Part shown: positions 62,612 to 64,000 of the stretch, one piece after another
Layout of the letters: the number at the start of each line of letters is the position of its first letter
Numbering within the stretch: the first letter of the stretch is position 1
Source of the DNA: Nitrososphaeraceae archaeon
GTDB lineage: Archaea; Thermoproteota; Nitrososphaeria; Nitrososphaerales; Nitrososphaeraceae
DNA length: 64,000 nt
Assembly (NCBI GenBank): GCA_035297365.1
Contig: DATGZA010000097.1
Span: forward strand, 8,509 to 72,508
Direction: 5' to 3'
Program-made: the position numbers and the translations under genes
Notes under the pieces: model-generated
Databases searched by the model: none
What the model was told of the DNA's origin: nothing
The model's input: only the letters and a program-made list of their open reading frames with translations

Positions 62612-62836
62612 TTGTCGATTGATGTAACCATCCAAGTTTTGAAGGAAAATGTTGGAAAGAGAATAATGATCAAATTAAAAGGAGATAAAATTGTTAAAGG
62701 TGTATTGGAAAAATTTGATCAGCATATGAATCTAATTTTGAGTGATGCAACAGAATATAAAAATAATCAAGCAACAACTCTCGGAAACATGTTGCTAAAA
62801 GGAGACAATATAATAATAATTTCTCCTCAAGAATAA
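62612..62836 (+). CDS. Sm-like archaeal protein (SmAP/LSm)
   Basis: G.L..FDQHMNLIL Sm1 and KGDNI Sm2 motifs. Confidence 0.92.
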   Translation: MSIDVTIQVLKENVGKRIMIKLKGDKIVKGVLEKFDQHMNLILSDATEYKNNQATTLGNMLLKGDNIIIISPQE

Positions 62837-63603
62837 AACCTTTTATTTTTTGTCCAGGTTATTTTAAAAGTATCATCTTAAATTGAGCTATAAACTAATC
62901 ACATCGGATAAATCAAGCCATGATAGTTCCTTTACTATCTTTTAAATAATTTGGTAACTTGGAGTCACTCCGTGAATGATTTTGTATTATGTCTGTACTA
63001 ATATATACTACATTTTTACAGATTTGTTTTTCTCTTGTGACGAGAGAGAAATAATAACAGTCACGATTTTTTAATTATTTATCTTTGTTTCATTCTAATA
63101 ACTTTTCTTATTTTCTTCCATTTAATTACCATTACTACACCAGTTGCATCATCAAGAGTTATGCTGTAGAAATACTGAAATATTTAACAACGGTGTTTGT
63201 GCATTGATGTATTATTTATAATAAAAATTGTAACTTTTTAGACCAAAACGATTCTGTCTTGATATGAGAAATTACTTGTTGAAAGATGTTAGCTAACATG
63301 CTAAGCTGTATAGGAAGTTATTTGTATTATTTTATTGATATTTTTGATATGATATTTCAGAGTTGTTTTAGGAAATTAATTTATGCTTATTATTAATATA
63401 ATTATTCAGATTATAATTAATGACGATTTTTCAAGATATATGTGTATTTTTTATATGTTATAATTGAATTATTCAATTCAAAACTAAGAATAAACTCGAA
63501 AAAATGATAAATAAGATTCATTGGAATTGCAAAGACAACAGTCACTTATTTGAATGTAAATGTAATGGCAGAAATAAGTTCTAATACAAACTTAGGGATT
63601 TAC

Positions 63604-63688
63604 TTACCTGGCTCAATAGCTTTGCCTGACAACAGGAACTTTAATACTAGTTCACACTTAAGAAGTGTATTACCTGGTCAATAGCTTT
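63604..63688 (+). repeat. Two-copy direct repeat of about 20 bp
   Basis: TTACCTGGCTCAATAGCTTT (63604-63623) and TTACCTGG-TCAATAGCTTT (63670-63688). Confidence 0.6.
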
Positions 63689-64000
63689 ATTGCAAATTAT
63701 GCATGAATGCATACTTAAAATATAATTCGGTCATAAATCTTTTTTTTGATATTTCTATTTAATAAGAGATTTAATTGCTCTGTCAAATCAAGTCAAGGTA
63801 TTAGAATATGTGTAAATCTATTACTCAAAATATCCAAAAATTCAAGATATATTATTTTTTATATCTCGAAGCATAATGATATCTTTTTAGGTCAGCAAAA
63901 AAAACTTCCTTATTTATAGACATATAAACACTTTACACAAGTCGAATCAATACATTAAGATATTTATAAAAAATTCTATAAAATTACTTTCGTTCAATGT

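Noticed and set aside
63601-63612. TACTTACCTGGC matches the 5' end of U1 snRNA, near an Sm gene
   Set aside because: A 12-nt post-hoc match with no U1-like structure following; most likely coincidence
63604-63688. CRISPR mini-array
   Set aside because: Only two short copies of about 20 bp with an indel, and no cas genes in the window

Overview
AT-rich (about 30% GC by eye) core-genome segment of an ammonia-oxidising archaeon (Nitrososphaerota/Thaumarchaeota; a low-GC Nitrososphaerales such as Ca. Nitrosocosmicus is my inference). The lineage markers are an ADP-forming 3-hydroxypropionyl-CoA synthetase of the 3HP/4HB cycle, a transketolase-N/ribulose-phosphate-3-epimerase fusion operon, a stand-alone 5S rRNA and fragmented ribosomal-protein clusters. 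The window carries translation genes (EF-1a, S10, S13, S4, L31e, L39e, L32e, L19e, ABCE1, Dph2, tRNA-modification enzymes), TBP, GINS, DnaG, Hjc, SRP RNA, nitrogen-assimilation enzymes (GlnA, GDH, AspA/FumC), cofactor genes (RibK, RibL, CobT, FolP, NnrE), GlmS, GuaB and Sm. I saw no CRISPR array, transposase, integrase or tRNA. The best leads are a four-gene cluster of two different AAA+/VWA pairs with an uncalled upstream microprotein and a palindromic promoter, an HTH/S-layer-like regulator divergent from glmS with a candidate operator, two convergent wHTH-fused flavin enzymes, several uncalled zinc-finger microproteins, and a NUDIX gene that appears to need a non-canonical start. All calls come from motif recognition and hand translation; no database search was run.
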